A stretch of 63,191 nt of DNA, counting the filler, from Rhabdomonas costata (taxonomy: Eukaryota): the NCBI GenBank assembly GCA_019059605.1. It is 47 parts of 47 records of this genome, joined end to end, with 100 filler letters (N's around TTAATTAATTAA, not from the genome) between each part and the next. Parts side by side here need not be neighbours in the genome. Positions count along the whole stretch, not along the records: positions 36,376 to 37,621 come from JAHMHO010022061.1; positions 37,722 to 38,967 come from JAHMHO010022062.1; positions 39,068 to 40,313 come from JAHMHO010022063.1; positions 40,414 to 41,659 come from JAHMHO010022064.1; positions 41,760 to 43,005 come from JAHMHO010022065.1; positions 43,106 to 44,351 come from JAHMHO010022066.1; positions 44,452 to 45,698 come from JAHMHO010022067.1; positions 45,799 to 47,044 come from JAHMHO010022068.1; 39 more parts are not named here. One strand, given 5' to 3'. A model generated the notes under the pieces. It was not told where the DNA came from and ran no database searches. It was given only the letters and a program-made list of their open reading frames with translations. Numbering within the stretch: the first letter of the stretch is position 1; each line of letters begins with the position of its first letter. The position numbers and the translations under genes are program-made. Shown here one piece after another: positions 37,566 through 48,692 of the stretch.

Positions 37566-38836
37566 CTCGCCCTCTGGCGGGGGAGCCCGCAGCAGGTGGG
37601 CTAGCGCAAACCCCCACCCCCNNNNNNNNNNNNNNNNNNNNNNNNNNNNNNNNNNNNNNNNNNNNTTAATTAATTAANNNNNNNNNNNNNNNNNNNNNNN
37701 NNNNNNNNNNNNNNNNNNNNNGTGTGTGTGTGGTCAAGAAGAAGGGCTACGGAGAAGGTATCTCAAGGCCCTGACGCATTTCACAATTTTCTTAACGTCT
37801 TTTTTCCTCGAAAACATGCTTCTTCTGCAGTTGGTTGTTCAAATTTATTTATTTACTCGCAATGCCATCTCGGCTTTCGTCTGTTTCTTTTAATTCTTGC
37901 GCGCTTTTCGCAGGCTTTCGCTGGCTGGCAAATTATCTTCAGAATGCCTGAAAACTTTTTGGTGGCGGATGTCTGTTCCATAGTTATCACGCCTGGCTTA
38001 GCTGGGGCGAACGGACTCTGTTTTGTGTCGTAGAAGTGCTGATTGTGCCCGCTCGGGGGACGCTTTTCTTCCTGCCCTTTGTGTATTTGATTTCCTCTGT
38101 GACAGGGCACAATTTGTCGATATACCTTCTGTTATATTCCAGGATGTGCTTTGCGGAGTCGGGGTTTTTTTGGGGGGGGTCATTTTTGGTGAAGCAAACC
38201 TGCCCACCTTGAACAAAACTTACCTTGGCAGTGGTAGAGTGTTAAGCATGGTTGGCTTTCGAACATTTGTTAGGCCGAATGTCGAAACAAAAACGCTATA
38301 ACCAGAGCCAGAAAGTCTTGTGCATCGTCTTTCCCGTTCATTTATGCCTCTCCCGTTGCCTTCGTGCTGCTTTGCTAATTTGCCGCAGCCTGCGCCGCGG
38401 TGTTTGTGCAATGCTCGCGGGTTTTTTGTTTGGAGGCATTTTCTTTCCCCCCTTCTTTCCCTCTCAACGTGCCGCCCGATTGCCCGTTCATCCCTGCCCC
38501 TTTGCGGTTAGATGTTTCGTTGAATAATTCCGGTTATACTTTATGGGCGTTGCCCCAAGCCACCGGTGGAACAATGATGGGGTGCTGAAAGAGACCACAC
38601 CCACACCAGATCATGGGAAACCGCTTCTCCTTACTACAAGCTTGCCACCAACGGACGCCCTCAAGCTGCCACGAGCTCGCCGGGCGCCCCGCGGGTTTCT
38701 GAATAGCTTTGCTTTCCGCCGCGGGGGTTCCATCCCCGCCGTCGCCCCCAAGCTGATGCCTTGCCCGCTCGATCCGCTCCCCTCCGTGGCCCCAAAAAAT
38801 CAAGCGCGCGCAGTGTTAACATACCAAGGAGGGAGG

Positions 38837-38838
<2 letters not shown>

Positions 38839-38879
<41 letters not shown>
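38839..38879 (+). repeat. (GA)n microsatellite
   Basis: Directly visible. Confidence 0.95.
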
Positions 38880-38883
<4 letters not shown>

Positions 38884-39090
38884 CTCCCTCCCCCGGGTAG
38901 GACTCGCTTTTGCCGCGGGCCAGAAGACCCTTGCCGCTACCACTTTTGGCGCCGCCGCTTAAGCTTANNNNNNNNNNNNNNNNNNNNNNNNNNNNNNNNN
39001 NNNNNNNNNNNTTAATTAATTAANNNNNNNNNNNNNNNNNNNNNNNNNNNNNNNNNNNNNNNNNNNNGTACGACCTGAAAACACACACAG

Positions 39091-40310
39091 GCTTGCAAAG
39101 TCGGTTTACCGAGCAGCAGCAGGTGATTGAGCTTCAGGACGAACTCATTGATGAGATGCAGGTACCCTTTTTGGAAGTGACACACGTAGCATCCGAATGT
39201 CTCGGCTGGTCTTTTTAAAGGGTTGAGCTTCGATCTTGCAAACTGGACCATACCAAGCCAAGCGGTACGGAGGCGTGGACACTTGAAAGTGAGCACCAGG
39301 GGGGGGGTGCTATTGGTTTTTCTCTGCAACCACCCGCCTCGGGGAGCCACGTGGGCCGTTTGTCATGACCTATTTGTGTTCACATTCTGGTTTTTACAAT
39401 GCCAAGTTTTGGAAATTAAAACCCATGGTTGCCTCGGAATGGTTGCTTGCCGGTTTGTTACAAATGTTGATGTGTACCAGGGCAGTGTGTTGTCATTGAG
39501 ATTTGCGGGAGAGTTGATATATACTGTTAATTTGGTTACCTCACTCCGCCATGCCAGACCACTCTGGCATGATCTTCCTTGAATCTTATTAGCTTCAATG
39601 CCTTCAACCTCGAACCTACATTCAGTATGGTTCAAGTTGAAGAAGAGTTTGAAGCACTGGCATTCAACTTCCTATTGGCGGGATATGTGAAGGAGTGAGG
39701 GTATGGTGTATGTGGGTGTGCACCCGTGGATCATGGATGTGTGTTTCCGTGCGCAGCAACAGCTGAAGGAAGAGGAGCAGCAACAGATTGTGCTGCAGAA
39801 GAAGCGCCGGCAGCAGGCCCAGCTGCTGGGTGCGAAGACCCGCCGGAACAAGGAGGCGGCTCAGGGTCCTAACCCATACACTCCCACACCCACACAAAAC
39901 GGCTCCTCGTCCTCTCTTCTTGACCTTTCATACGTTTCATAAAAGTGATTTGACTGAAGGTAAAACGCAGAAAACAGTGACTTGCACATACTGGGAAGAC
40001 CCACTTTGACTTGGCGACCCCAGCCCGAATGAATCTTCGTGTTCGGCCAGTCGCTCATTTCCCATAAGTCCATCCTAGAATTTGGGCAGCTTTGGCAGGC
40101 TGGAAGAGATGGAAGGCCCTTGCGATCGCATCTGCTTTTATTTATTTCTGAGGAACTGGACACACACGCAAATTGCGCTTATGTTTTCTGTATGCACCGT
40201 GCCGGCGTGCTGCAGAGATTGAGGAGCTTCTGGCAAAGCTCGAGGCTCTGCGCTCGGACCCGGCGCTGCTGCAGGCCGCGCGGATCGCCGTGCCCCGCGA
40301 ATCACCCCCC
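39091..40310 (+). CDS. Coiled-coil protein, about 3 exons
   Basis: LQSRFTEQQQVIELQDELIDEMQ | QQLKEEEQQQIVLQKKRRQQ | AAEIEELLAKLEALRSDP; the first junction is GT-AG. Confidence 0.6.
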
Positions 40311-41409
40311 CCANNNNNNNNNNNNNNNNNNNNNNNNNNNNNNNNNNNNNNNNNNNNTTAATTAATTAANNNNNNNNNNNNNNNNNNNNNNNNNNNNNNN
40401 NNNNNNNNNNNNNTGTGGGGGTGTACCTACTGTGCCTGCGCCCACACTCCCGCCCCGTGGCCTGGGCCGCGGAGCGGGCGCAGCGGTTTATGCTGCGGTT
40501 CTTTCCTGTGGGGAGTAGCGGCGTGGGGTACTTCAACCCCGCGGGCACCGAGGCTGGAGTTTGCGAAAGTATCTCAGCAAGTCCTGCGTTTTCAGTACTG
40601 GATAGGACGAGTGTGGATTGGACTTGCACTTATTTTTGCGTGTGGTAAAGGAAAAAGTTAAAGATTTAGCCGTAAAAATCGCCACCTCTCCCTCTGGTAC
40701 CGCTTTTAACAAGTAAGGGTGATGCGCGCCGGCACTCGCGCTAAGGGTCCCGAAACGAAACGAAACGGGATCCCTTTCGGCTTAACGTTTTACTTAGGAT
40801 ACTGGTTTCGTCGGGGTTACACAATTACGACCCACGATGGTTTGGTTGCGCAGTTTTGGAGTTTGACACTGCTGCGATTTTCTTCGGAATCGAAATCGAC
40901 CATTGGTTTGGGTGACTGGGACTGTGTACAGTGGTTGTTTCAGCCGATATATGCCAGAGCTGGGGCAGTTCAAAAGCGAGCAAAAACGATTTTCTAGGGA
41001 AAGAGGGTGAGTTTTTTTTTGCCTCTCTCTCTTTTTTTTTGCGTGGAGCTTGTGCCGAGAAAATTCAAAACGGGCTTTCTTTTGTGTTATTGAACACCAT
41101 TGACTCCCAAAACAAGTCCACGAAGTCCATCCATGAGAAATTTTGCGATCCATACTAGGAGCTCTTTTGCACTTCTCGCCTTCAAGAATACCGAGCTGTC
41201 ATTCCTTCCGCACCCGCTGAGCTCCGAAAAGCTGTCATGCTGCAATCTTTTCTTCTTCAGAGGTTTGCATGGTGGTACAGCGGGAGTCGGGTGTGCTTTT
41301 CGCCCGTGCGTTTAACACGGAGTGTCCTGACGGATGTTAGACGCGCATGTTTGTGGAGAAGACGTGCAGGTTTATGGACCTTTTTGTCTGGAAACCTCGC
41401 GCCTTTCAG

Positions 41410-41630
41410 ATCTCCCGGATCACGTGCGGTGCAACATGGTGGTGTCCTTCCTGTTCTGTATCGCCACGGAGATCGTGCTGACATTCTACGTGGGCATGGG
41501 GACATGGTACAGCATTGTGGGCCATAGCTTCAAGGTGATGTCCTTTTACCTCGTCTACAAGGCCCTGGTGCGAGCCACCCTGACCGAGCCCTACACCACC
41601 CTGTTCAACGACCTTCTCCGAGTGAACGCG
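41410..41630 (+). CDS. MASE3 membrane-associated sensor domain, C-terminal part
   Basis: IATEIVLTFYVGMGTWYSIVGHSFKVMSFYLVYKALVRATLTEPYTTLFNDL matches MASE3 sEl.fT.Y......lGH.fK..sfy..Y.a.....L..PY..LF; CAG acceptor at 41409. Confidence 0.82.
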
Positions 41631-41803
41631 GTGTTGCTAATCTCCCCTCCACCCACAACNNNNNNNNNNNNNNNNNNNNNNNNNNNNNNNNNNNNNNNNN
41701 NNNTTAATTAATTAANNNNNNNNNNNNNNNNNNNNNNNNNNNNNNNNNNNNNNNNNNNNGTTGTTGGGTTGCCAGAGATCAAGGATCCCTCCGAAAGGTA
41801 TTA

Positions 41804-41961
41804 CACTGTGGGTTCTGTAGGTTTGCCTGCAAAGATTTCTGATCTTCCAGTGTTGGCTGCACGAGGCGAATGTGCATCCTGGCACTGTGGGTTCTGTAGG
41901 TTTGCCTGCAAAGATTTCTGATCTTCCAGTGTTGGCTGCACGAGGCGAATGTGCATCCTGG
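41804..41961 (+). repeat. 79-bp direct tandem duplication (2 copies)
   Basis: CACTGTGGGTTCTGTAGG...GTGCATCCTGG starts at 41804 and at 41883. Confidence 0.95.
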
Positions 41962-42299
41962 ATCCCCCCCCCCTGAACAGGTGCACCTCCTGGCTGGATT
42001 ATCCTTGGTTGATTCTGTTTCAAATGGATCTCCAGCCAAATAATACGCAGGCACGTTAGACTGTAATAACGCCCCCCCCCCGGGCGCAGTACTACCTCCA
42101 ACGGCAGAGCCTGAAGAAACACATTAGTGTTTGGGTGATCCAGGATCCAGGCGATGAAACTTGCCTCCTACTCAAACAGTGATCAATGGTTGTGGTGTGC
42201 TCTTTGATCCCGTTACTCTGTTTTTATTGTTGAAGGCGGGCGACGGGATCGGCTTCTGCCTTTCGATGCCGTGCACTGTTTTTCCAAAGGAGCTGCGGG

Positions 42300-42430
42300 G
42301 CGACTTTTTTGAAGTAGGCCTGTGTGCGTGTTGTGCGCACGAGGGCATTTGTGAGGTAGCGCGTGCGTTTGCATCTGGGGCTCCTTGCTGTGAGCATGGC
42401 CACTTCCTCCTCACTCCAGTTTGTGCTTCT
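42300..42430 (-). mobile_element. Possible Myb-like relic of an R2/NeSL-type retrotransposon
   Basis: TNWSEEEVAMLTARSPR...LTNALVRTTRTQAYFKK resembles W(S/T)EEE..LL...N..L...RT..ai(K); no RT domain seen. Confidence 0.3.
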
Positions 42431-43203
42431 GCAGAGCCGGTGTCGCTTGCGGACCGGGGTGAAAGCGCTGTAATTACCGGGCAGGATCACGGGGGTTCAC
42501 CGTGGGGGATCCCCGGGGATGGCTACGGTTAAGGTTGGTTCTGGTCTTGCAGTGAAGTGTGTCTGTTGGGCCTTAGGCAGACACCCTCAGCACACACCCG
42601 CAGCACGATTTAGTATAGAGCTTGAGCTTAGGCATCTACCCACACACATAAGTACACACATGTCGTTTGGAAAAGTGCTCTGGCAGGCAGACGGTCCCTC
42701 CTCGTGCTGATTGCTTGCCTTTTGATGTTGTGGATGACTATAGTTCCTAACTGCCCATTCGTTCGTGGCCGTAGGGTGGGCTGTCTGCTTGCCAGCGGGA
42801 AGTGCCGTCCTTCCTTTGTCGGACATCTTCTCTTTATCGGGTCTGCCAGGAAGCGAAGAGATATGATCTTTTTGAGCAGCCCCAATTTCCAATGTGCTTA
42901 GTAAATGGAGGTAGCCATCGCCATAATAAATCTCCTGACGGGGTCTGATCCGAGCTCCGCCCCTCGCCCGCACTTCGGGAACCGGGAAACAGCGCTGAAC
43001 TGATTNNNNNNNNNNNNNNNNNNNNNNNNNNNNNNNNNNNNNNNNNNNNTTAATTAATTAANNNNNNNNNNNNNNNNNNNNNNNNNNNNNNNNNNNNNNN
43101 NNNNNGACGATCAGCAGCTGACTTCTTTGACCATCATGTTTACCATCCCAACACACGCGAACAAAAACTGGACCCTTCACCCCCATCCCGTTCCGCCCCA
43201 AAG

Positions 43204-44313
43204 GTTTCTTGCCGAGCAGCGGGCCAAGGCGAAGGCCTCGGGCTCCGCCGGGCTGACCGTCAACGAGGTCGAGGGCAAGTTTGTGTACCTGTTCTCCGCG
43301 CAGCAGAGCGAGGGCACGGCGGAAATGAAGGCCCTGCTGGGCGGCAAGGGGGCAAACCTGGCGGAGATGGCGAAGCTGCGGTGCCCGGTACCCCCGGGGT
43401 TCACGATCAGCACCCGGGTCTGCCAGACCTACAACGCGAATGGGAAGCAGATCCCTCCCCCGGTATCGCCCGCACCTGTGTGCATACGCTGTGGCCGTCG
43501 GTCTCTTATGGTAATGGTGCAGAACCGATCGTAGTTGTGGGGAGCTGCCACGAAGAATTGGTTATGCACCTGCAACCATCAAGGAAACCCAACGTGTCGC
43601 GTCACGTTTCACTCGCATGTCATGCGCAGTGCAAGAATCGGCTCCGAGCCAAGCCGGGGGACTCAATCCAGAAGCCTGAAGACTTGGCCCAAAGTATAGT
43701 AGGCTCCACCGTAAACTGAGACTTTTTGACACATGGACTGAACTCAGGTTCTCGGTGTAAACCATGCGTCTGTACCGTGTTCAGTGCGGATTGGGGGGGG
43801 GGATGGCAGCTTCTACGCCGAAAAGTTTGTCACGCCTTCGGCGCGCAGCCCCTTCTTTTTGCGACACATCTTTGTTATTGCCAAGGATCACTGCCAGCTG
43901 GTGGTTATGCACCACTACTCAAGACAACCATCCGAAACCAGCGAATATTGGGCAAAAAAATTTCAAATATGAATCGCAGACTAATCTCTCAGTTTCCGGA
44001 TGGAGCTAACCTTACTTCTCCGATCTTTTCACCCCTAAGGACAATCAAAAACTCATCGTCACCCCGTCGACGAGCAACTCCACACACAGGAGGAAACCAA
44101 CCACTCAACTGAAGATGAAAGCCGAAGCGGTTCGCCAGGAAATTGCTGAATAGCTCGGAGTTCGTTCCTCGCTCAGACTTCCACGCTCGTGCGTTTGCGC
44201 ACCAGGTCCGCGCCCAGGTTGAGGCTCAGCTGCAGCGTTTGGAGGAGCTGATGGGCAAGAAGTTCGGGGACCCCGCAAACCCCTTGCTGATCTCCGTCCG
44301 TAGCGGAGCTGCG
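43204..44313 (+). CDS. PPDK: Pyruvate phosphate dikinase, N-terminal region, 2 exons
   Basis: Exons 43204-43462 and 44206-44313: KFVYLF...EGTAEMKALLGGKGANLAEMAKLRCPVPPGFTIST...MGKKFGDPANPLLISVRSGAA. Confidence 0.97.
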
Positions 44314-44475
44314 GTGCGCCCGCCACGCCTCATAACTTTGGCTCTTTGCACNNNNNNNNNNNNNNNNNNNNNNNNNNNNNNNNNNNNNNNNNNNNTTAAT
44401 TAATTAANNNNNNNNNNNNNNNNNNNNNNNNNNNNNNNNNNNNNNNNNNNNTGTGTCGGGTGTGGTTGGGGGGTG

Positions 44476-44609
44476 TTGTCCCGGGTTGCATGGGTGGATC
44501 CAGGGATGCTCACCCTCACCGCCGAGGGCTACGTTTCTGAGCGGACGGTGGTGTTCCAGCACTGCTCTGTGATCGCCACAGACGCCGTGCTGTTCTACGC
44601 ACTGCACCG
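44476..44609 (+). CDS. ALG8: ALG8-like dolichyl-P-glucose glucosyltransferase exon
   Basis: LSRVAWVDPGMLTLTAEGYVSERTVVFQHCSVIATDAVLFYALH resembles ALG8 LS.VA..D..ML......Y.S..T..FQR.SVI..D; GT donor at 44610; not in the ORF track. Confidence 0.8.
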
Positions 44610-45630
44610 GTTGGCAACTACATTTTTGAAGGAGGGGAATTGAAAAAATGAAGAAGAGAGAGCTAGCAGTGTCTTGTGTCTTGTCCCCCCCACATACACA
44701 CATCACTTCGGTTTTATTGTTGTGCGCACCTCTCCTTGTTCAGGAAATGCCCCCGTTTTTCCACTTCCAGAATTTTGTGACTTAGTTTGATGCGCACCCA
44801 CTCCAATTCTTCCTCTGCTCCTCCCTCCGCGCCATTTTTTCATTTCTTCCAATCTCCACTCTTCTTCGGTACCGTGCCGGACTTTGCACGCTGAACTGCC
44901 GCATCCACAGCCTGTGTGATAAAGTGTGTAGCTTGTTGTGCAAAAAAGAGGAGAGAGAAATATGTAGCAAGTTCACCCCGTGCAAAGTGCATGAAGTGTG
45001 TTTTTCGTATTCGGCTATGATTGGAAGGCGCCTCTTGGAACACTGGGTGATGCTGTCGCTTACGTAATCGCGGTCGCTGTGGAGGTTTCGGAGATGTGTT
45101 GTATAGTATAGGGACGGAAGGAAGGTGGAGGAAGGCAGCGGAAAGAAGAGGGTGTGTCATCTGAGAGAGAGTGTGTGCAATGGTTGTACTGCGAAGACAC
45201 CTATACTGCGCCCATTTACGGCGGACATAACACGGGCGAGCAAGCGTTATGTGGGAACTGTAATCCGCCGGAGAGGACGATGAAGCAGGGTACCAGGTCG
45301 ACACCCCATCCGCTTTATGGATACAAGGTGCATTTTTACTTCGGTGGCCAGAGCTGACCCTTGTTGGCAGGTTCTTCAGCTTCGACGAGAAGCTGCGCAA
45401 GAATCCTTCCAAGCTATGGGTGCTGATGTGCCTGAGCTTCCTACACCCTGGGCTGCTCTTGGTGGATCGTATGTTTCTATCACCCCCCTCCCCCGCCCTC
45501 CTTCAACGGGTACCGTGAGCTTCATGTTTCGTGCTTTGTGCCTGTTGCCCTCTGTGGTTGTTTTGTAGCCAACTGCGTTGGTCCTCCTTTGAAAGTGAGC
45601 CTATCACATAAATCGAAATTTTTCCTGTGT

Positions 45631-45636
45631 TTCTCT

Positions 45637-45674
<38 letters not shown>
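45631..45674 (+). repeat. (CT)n microsatellite
   Basis: Directly visible. Confidence 0.9.
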
Positions 45675-45679
<5 letters not shown>

Positions 45680-47144
45680 GTGTGTGTCCAGGCGGGGGNN
45701 NNNNNNNNNNNNNNNNNNNNNNNNNNNNNNNNNNNNNNNNNNTTAATTAATTAANNNNNNNNNNNNNNNNNNNNNNNNNNNNNNNNNNNNNNNNNNNNGT
45801 GGGGTAAAACTATCGGTTTTTGTGCACTGGCGATTCATCTGCAAAGGTCACCTTTGCAAACCAGTCCAGTCCAGTCCAGTCTGGTCTGGTCTGGTCTGGT
45901 CGGTCCATGATGGATGATAAGATGAGTTGTCAATAGGGTACGTATTGATGAGAGTTGACAGCCTGAAGAGGCAATAAATAGCCCCCCCCCCCGGGAAGGC
46001 TTCCCGAGACAGCGATAAGAAAAGAACTGTGACTGCACTTTCCATGAAGGAGCGCATGCAAACACAACCAAGCTAGGCAAAAGCAAAAACAAGGAAACGT
46101 CTCTTGCCCCCGCGTACCCACTGCCTCCGTGGGGCAAATTAGCTTATCCACGACACTGCTCATGCCCATAATAATCGCCTGCTGGTCCGGAACCTTTCGC
46201 ACATTATCTGTCATTAGTGCGCTTGTGTCCTTTTCAATCAGGTTGCGAATCTGCTCCGCGGCCTTCTCGGGAGAGGTATTCATTCGAGAAGAAACACCGT
46301 CCTGCACTGGACGGGAAATAAAAGAGGAATAACAGGACCCTGGAGAGCAATGAGACTCATAGGCGGTGATAATGCATCGTTTTCGGCACCACCGACACAG
46401 CTCCGAACAAACTCGAAGACACCAGCCATTATTCTTCTTCAACCTAGAATGCTCCGATGATAGGATTTGTGAACATCCACAGTCAATACAGTATCGTGTC
46501 GTGTTCAGCGGCGTGAAGCAACGGCGAGACGCTCACTTGGGGACTGAGGATTATATGCTGGCCACGGAAAACTTTCTTTGGTGGTGGGGTCCCTGCCCTC
46601 GCCTTTTGGTGTACATCACCCTCTAAGCCACGTTGGACTAATGTCATTATTTGCCGATTAACTGCCCTTAGGCCAGCGTCCTCTTGCAACACCACCTGAG
46701 AACTTCACAACATCCATAAGTCCTCCAACGAATAAATCTCTTTGCTAGGCAAACCCCCCCCCTAATGTCGTCGTTTTATTTCCTGCTTCTTGTTCTCATT
46801 CGCCACCGCCTCACATGAAACACTACCTCTGGCACAGCGACGTTGGTGGCGATAACCGAAAGAAATCGAGGAAAATCAAGACCATGGTTGTGAGGTATTT
46901 GTGTTTTTGTGGATCGCTTTCCCTGGAAGACTGTGAATGTGTTTGTAGGTCTCTGCAGCTGGGTTGCTGGTTCGCCTCATAGAAGGACACCGGCAGCATA
47001 TGCAAGCACGACAGCGGGGAAAAAAGGGCCAATAGATTCCGCCTNNNNNNNNNNNNNNNNNNNNNNNNNNNNNNNNNNNNNNNNNNNNTTAATTAATTAA
47101 NNNNNNNNNNNNNNNNNNNNNNNNNNNNNNNNNNNNNNNNNNNN

Positions 47145-48389
47145 TGTGGGTGGGTCGAGGATGTTGTGGATCGCCTTCGTGGGTTTCACAAGGTTCCTGC
47201 GCTTCGCAGCTGCACCGTGCTCTGGGATGCTCTGGTTGCCCGATCAATAACGATGCTTCCGCTTTTGAGTGGGATCGAAATTCAAGTGCTGCTTTGCTCC
47301 TTCTCGCAGATTTCCTTGACCACTGAGCTAACGCAGCAGTGGGAAACATTGGCGCATGACGCGACTTTGCTGTCCGTCATGAAAAAGACGACCCCGCAGA
47401 CGCTTCTTATTATGGTGGATAGATTTTCCGAGATACCTTCCCTCCTCTCACAGAAAGAACTTTGGCGAGCATTGGCAGCTCGCGCAATCGTTTTTTTCTC
47501 GGTCAAAAATGCATACCAGAATAAACATATCTCTGCTCTTGTGAGAGGGTTTGCCAGGGTCCCTTCTACCTGGGAGTATCAGAAACTCTGGGGGAAGCTG
47601 TCGGTTTCTGTGAAATCCATGATTCAGACAATGACCCCACAGACACTCGCTGAATGCGTCCATGGGTTCAGCAAGGCTCTCTCGGTGACTTGTGGGATAG
47701 ACCTTTGGGGTGCGCTTTCGTCTCGAGCAACTGAACTTACCTCAAAGTTGTCTCCGGAGCATCTGGTTGTGCTAGCGAGCAGCTTTTCAAAGGTTCGTGC
47801 GACCCATAGGGATCTACGTTTGTGGAAAGCTTTGTCGGACGGTGTGGTCAGCTCGGTCTCGCAATTGACCGAGCGTGACCTTGCGAACTGCGTGAATAGC
47901 TTTTGCAAGATCCGCTGCCTCTCTAGCAGTGTCAAGCTTTGGGATACACTGGCGAGTCAGTGTGAACAGCTTATTCCTCAGCTCTCACCCCATGGCATTG
48001 TCATTTTCGTCAATGCTTTTTCGAGGGTTTCAGTCACCCTCAACGACAAGCATCTTTGGAAGACCCTGATACGCAAGGCTATCCCACTTATTCCACATAT
48101 GACCCCACAGGGTTTCCGGATGTGCGTCTCCAGTTGTTGCAACGTTCCAATTATTCTTGGCCACGGACACTTTTGGAAGACTGTGGCATATCGGACCGTT
48201 GCTCTAGCTCCCCGTATGACACCTCAGAGTCTCTCCTTGTTTGTTGTAAGCCTGTCGGCAGTTACTTCGGCCATGCGAAAGCAACGACAGTGGCAAGCGT
48301 TAGCTGATGCTGTAATACCCCTCATCCAGCAGATGACCGCGCAAGAAATTGCGGACTGTGTGAGTGGGTTTAGCAAGATTTCAGCTCTT
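47145..48389 (+). CDS. Intronless 39-aa helical-repeat protein (OPR/HPR/FAST-like), partial at both ends
   Basis: Open across the whole contig; about 10 units such as MTPQTLAECVHGFSKALSVTCGIDLWGALSSRATELTSK and LSPEHLVVLASSFSKVRATHRDLRLWKALSDGVVSSVSQ. Confidence 0.9.
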
Positions 48390-48490
48390 GNNNNNNNNNN
48401 NNNNNNNNNNNNNNNNNNNNNNNNNNNNNNNNNNTTAATTAATTAANNNNNNNNNNNNNNNNNNNNNNNNNNNNNNNNNNNNNNNNNNNN

Positions 48491-48692
48491 GTGGGGGTTG
48501 GGGGCCTCGCAGCGGATCCGGGAGCACCCCGTCAACCGGGACACACCCATCGTCGCTCTGACCGCAGCGGAGGGCTCGGAGCTGCGCAGCATGTGCATGG
48601 AGGCAGGGATGACCGCCTTCGTGGCGAAACCCCTCTCGGCACAGGACTGGAGGAGCATCGCCGCCATCGCCGCTGGCAGGGGATCGGCCTAA
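48491..48692 (+). CDS. C-terminal response-regulator receiver domain, hybrid histidine kinase type
   Basis: ASQRIREHPVNRDTPIVALTAAEGSELRSMCMEAGMTAFVAKPL...stop has the PIvALTA, C.eAGM and KP motifs. Confidence 0.92.

Noticed and set aside
40414..48692. Apparent cluster of MASE3, PPDK and receiver domain as an operon or bacterial contaminant
   Set aside because: Separate contigs of similar length placed together by the assembly file; PPDK has an in-phase spliceosomal intron and MASE3 a splice acceptor.
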